64,000 bases of DNA, taken from positions 67,119,589-67,183,588 of the forward strand of contig NC_068989.1 in NCBI RefSeq assembly GCF_001194135.2, written 5' to 3'. Source of the stretch: Octopus bimaculoides. Taxonomy: Eukaryota. A program made the translations under genes and the position numbers. Position 1 is the first letter of the stretch. Each line of letters starts with the position of its first letter. Positions 63,408-64,000 of this stretch are shown piece by piece. Under the pieces are notes generated by a model that was not told the origin of the DNA, did not search any database, and worked only from the letters and a program-made list of their open reading frames with translations.

Positions 63408-64000
63408 TTAAAGTGAACTGAATTAAAACCATCCATCAACGTTTCATGTTAATTTATGATTGAAACATCAGTTTAATAATGATAATGTTATTTTAGTAAA
63501 TTCTTCATTATTTTCAAAATTAATTGAAACAAAGACAAAATTGATTGAAACAACAGAAATATGAAAACAAAAGGATTAAATGAATAAATATCAAAATCTA
63601 CTATAAAAAGCCACAGTAAAAATATTGTATGAAATACTGAAATAATATTACAATTGAAGTTCTATTTTCACATTCTAGGCTTCAGATATGACAATTTTTA
63701 AAAAGCTAAAACAGGTAAAAAAAATAAACAGGCATGGCTGTGTGGTAAGAAGCTTGCTTACCAACCACATGGTACCGGGTTCAGACCCACTGCATGGCAC
63801 CTTGGGCAAGTGTCTTCTACTATAGCCTCAGGCTGACCAAAGCCTTGTGAGTGGATTTGGTAGACAGAAAAAAGTTCAGCAAAGGAGACTGATAGAATAA
63901 GTACCAGGCTTACAAAGAATAAGTCCTGGGGTTGATTAGTTTGACTAAAGGCAGTGATCCAGCATGGCCACAATCAAATGAATGAAACAAGTAAAAGAAT

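Overview
AT-rich, repeat-dense animal genomic DNA with five N-gaps. The SINE, LINE and MITE content suggests a coleoid cephalopod, probably Octopus (inference). Three protein-coding genes were reconstructed from splice sites, most of their exons being absent from the ORF track. (1) POP1 (RNase P/MRP subunit), minus strand: six coding exons from ATG at 10179 down to 2858, with the rest of the gene to the left. (2) A complete six-exon RidA/UK114 gene (135 aa), plus strand, 25906-43915. (3) The terminal exon of an annexin, minus strand, 62012-62140. POP1 and RIDA are divergently oriented, and the probable shared promoter lies near 25.6-25.9 kb, the same head-to-head pairing known in human. The rest is transposon debris: tRNA-derived SINEs, RTE, CR1/L2 and REL-type LINE fragments, Tc1/mariner, hAT, piggyBac-like, Merlin/MULE-like and foldback MITEs, Helitron pieces and a solo LTR. 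The main unexplained signals are a 28S rRNA fragment covering the R2/I-PpoI target site, a pre-miRNA-like intronic hairpin and an RT fragment embedded in a SINE. No CRISPR, prokaryotic or viral system is supported.
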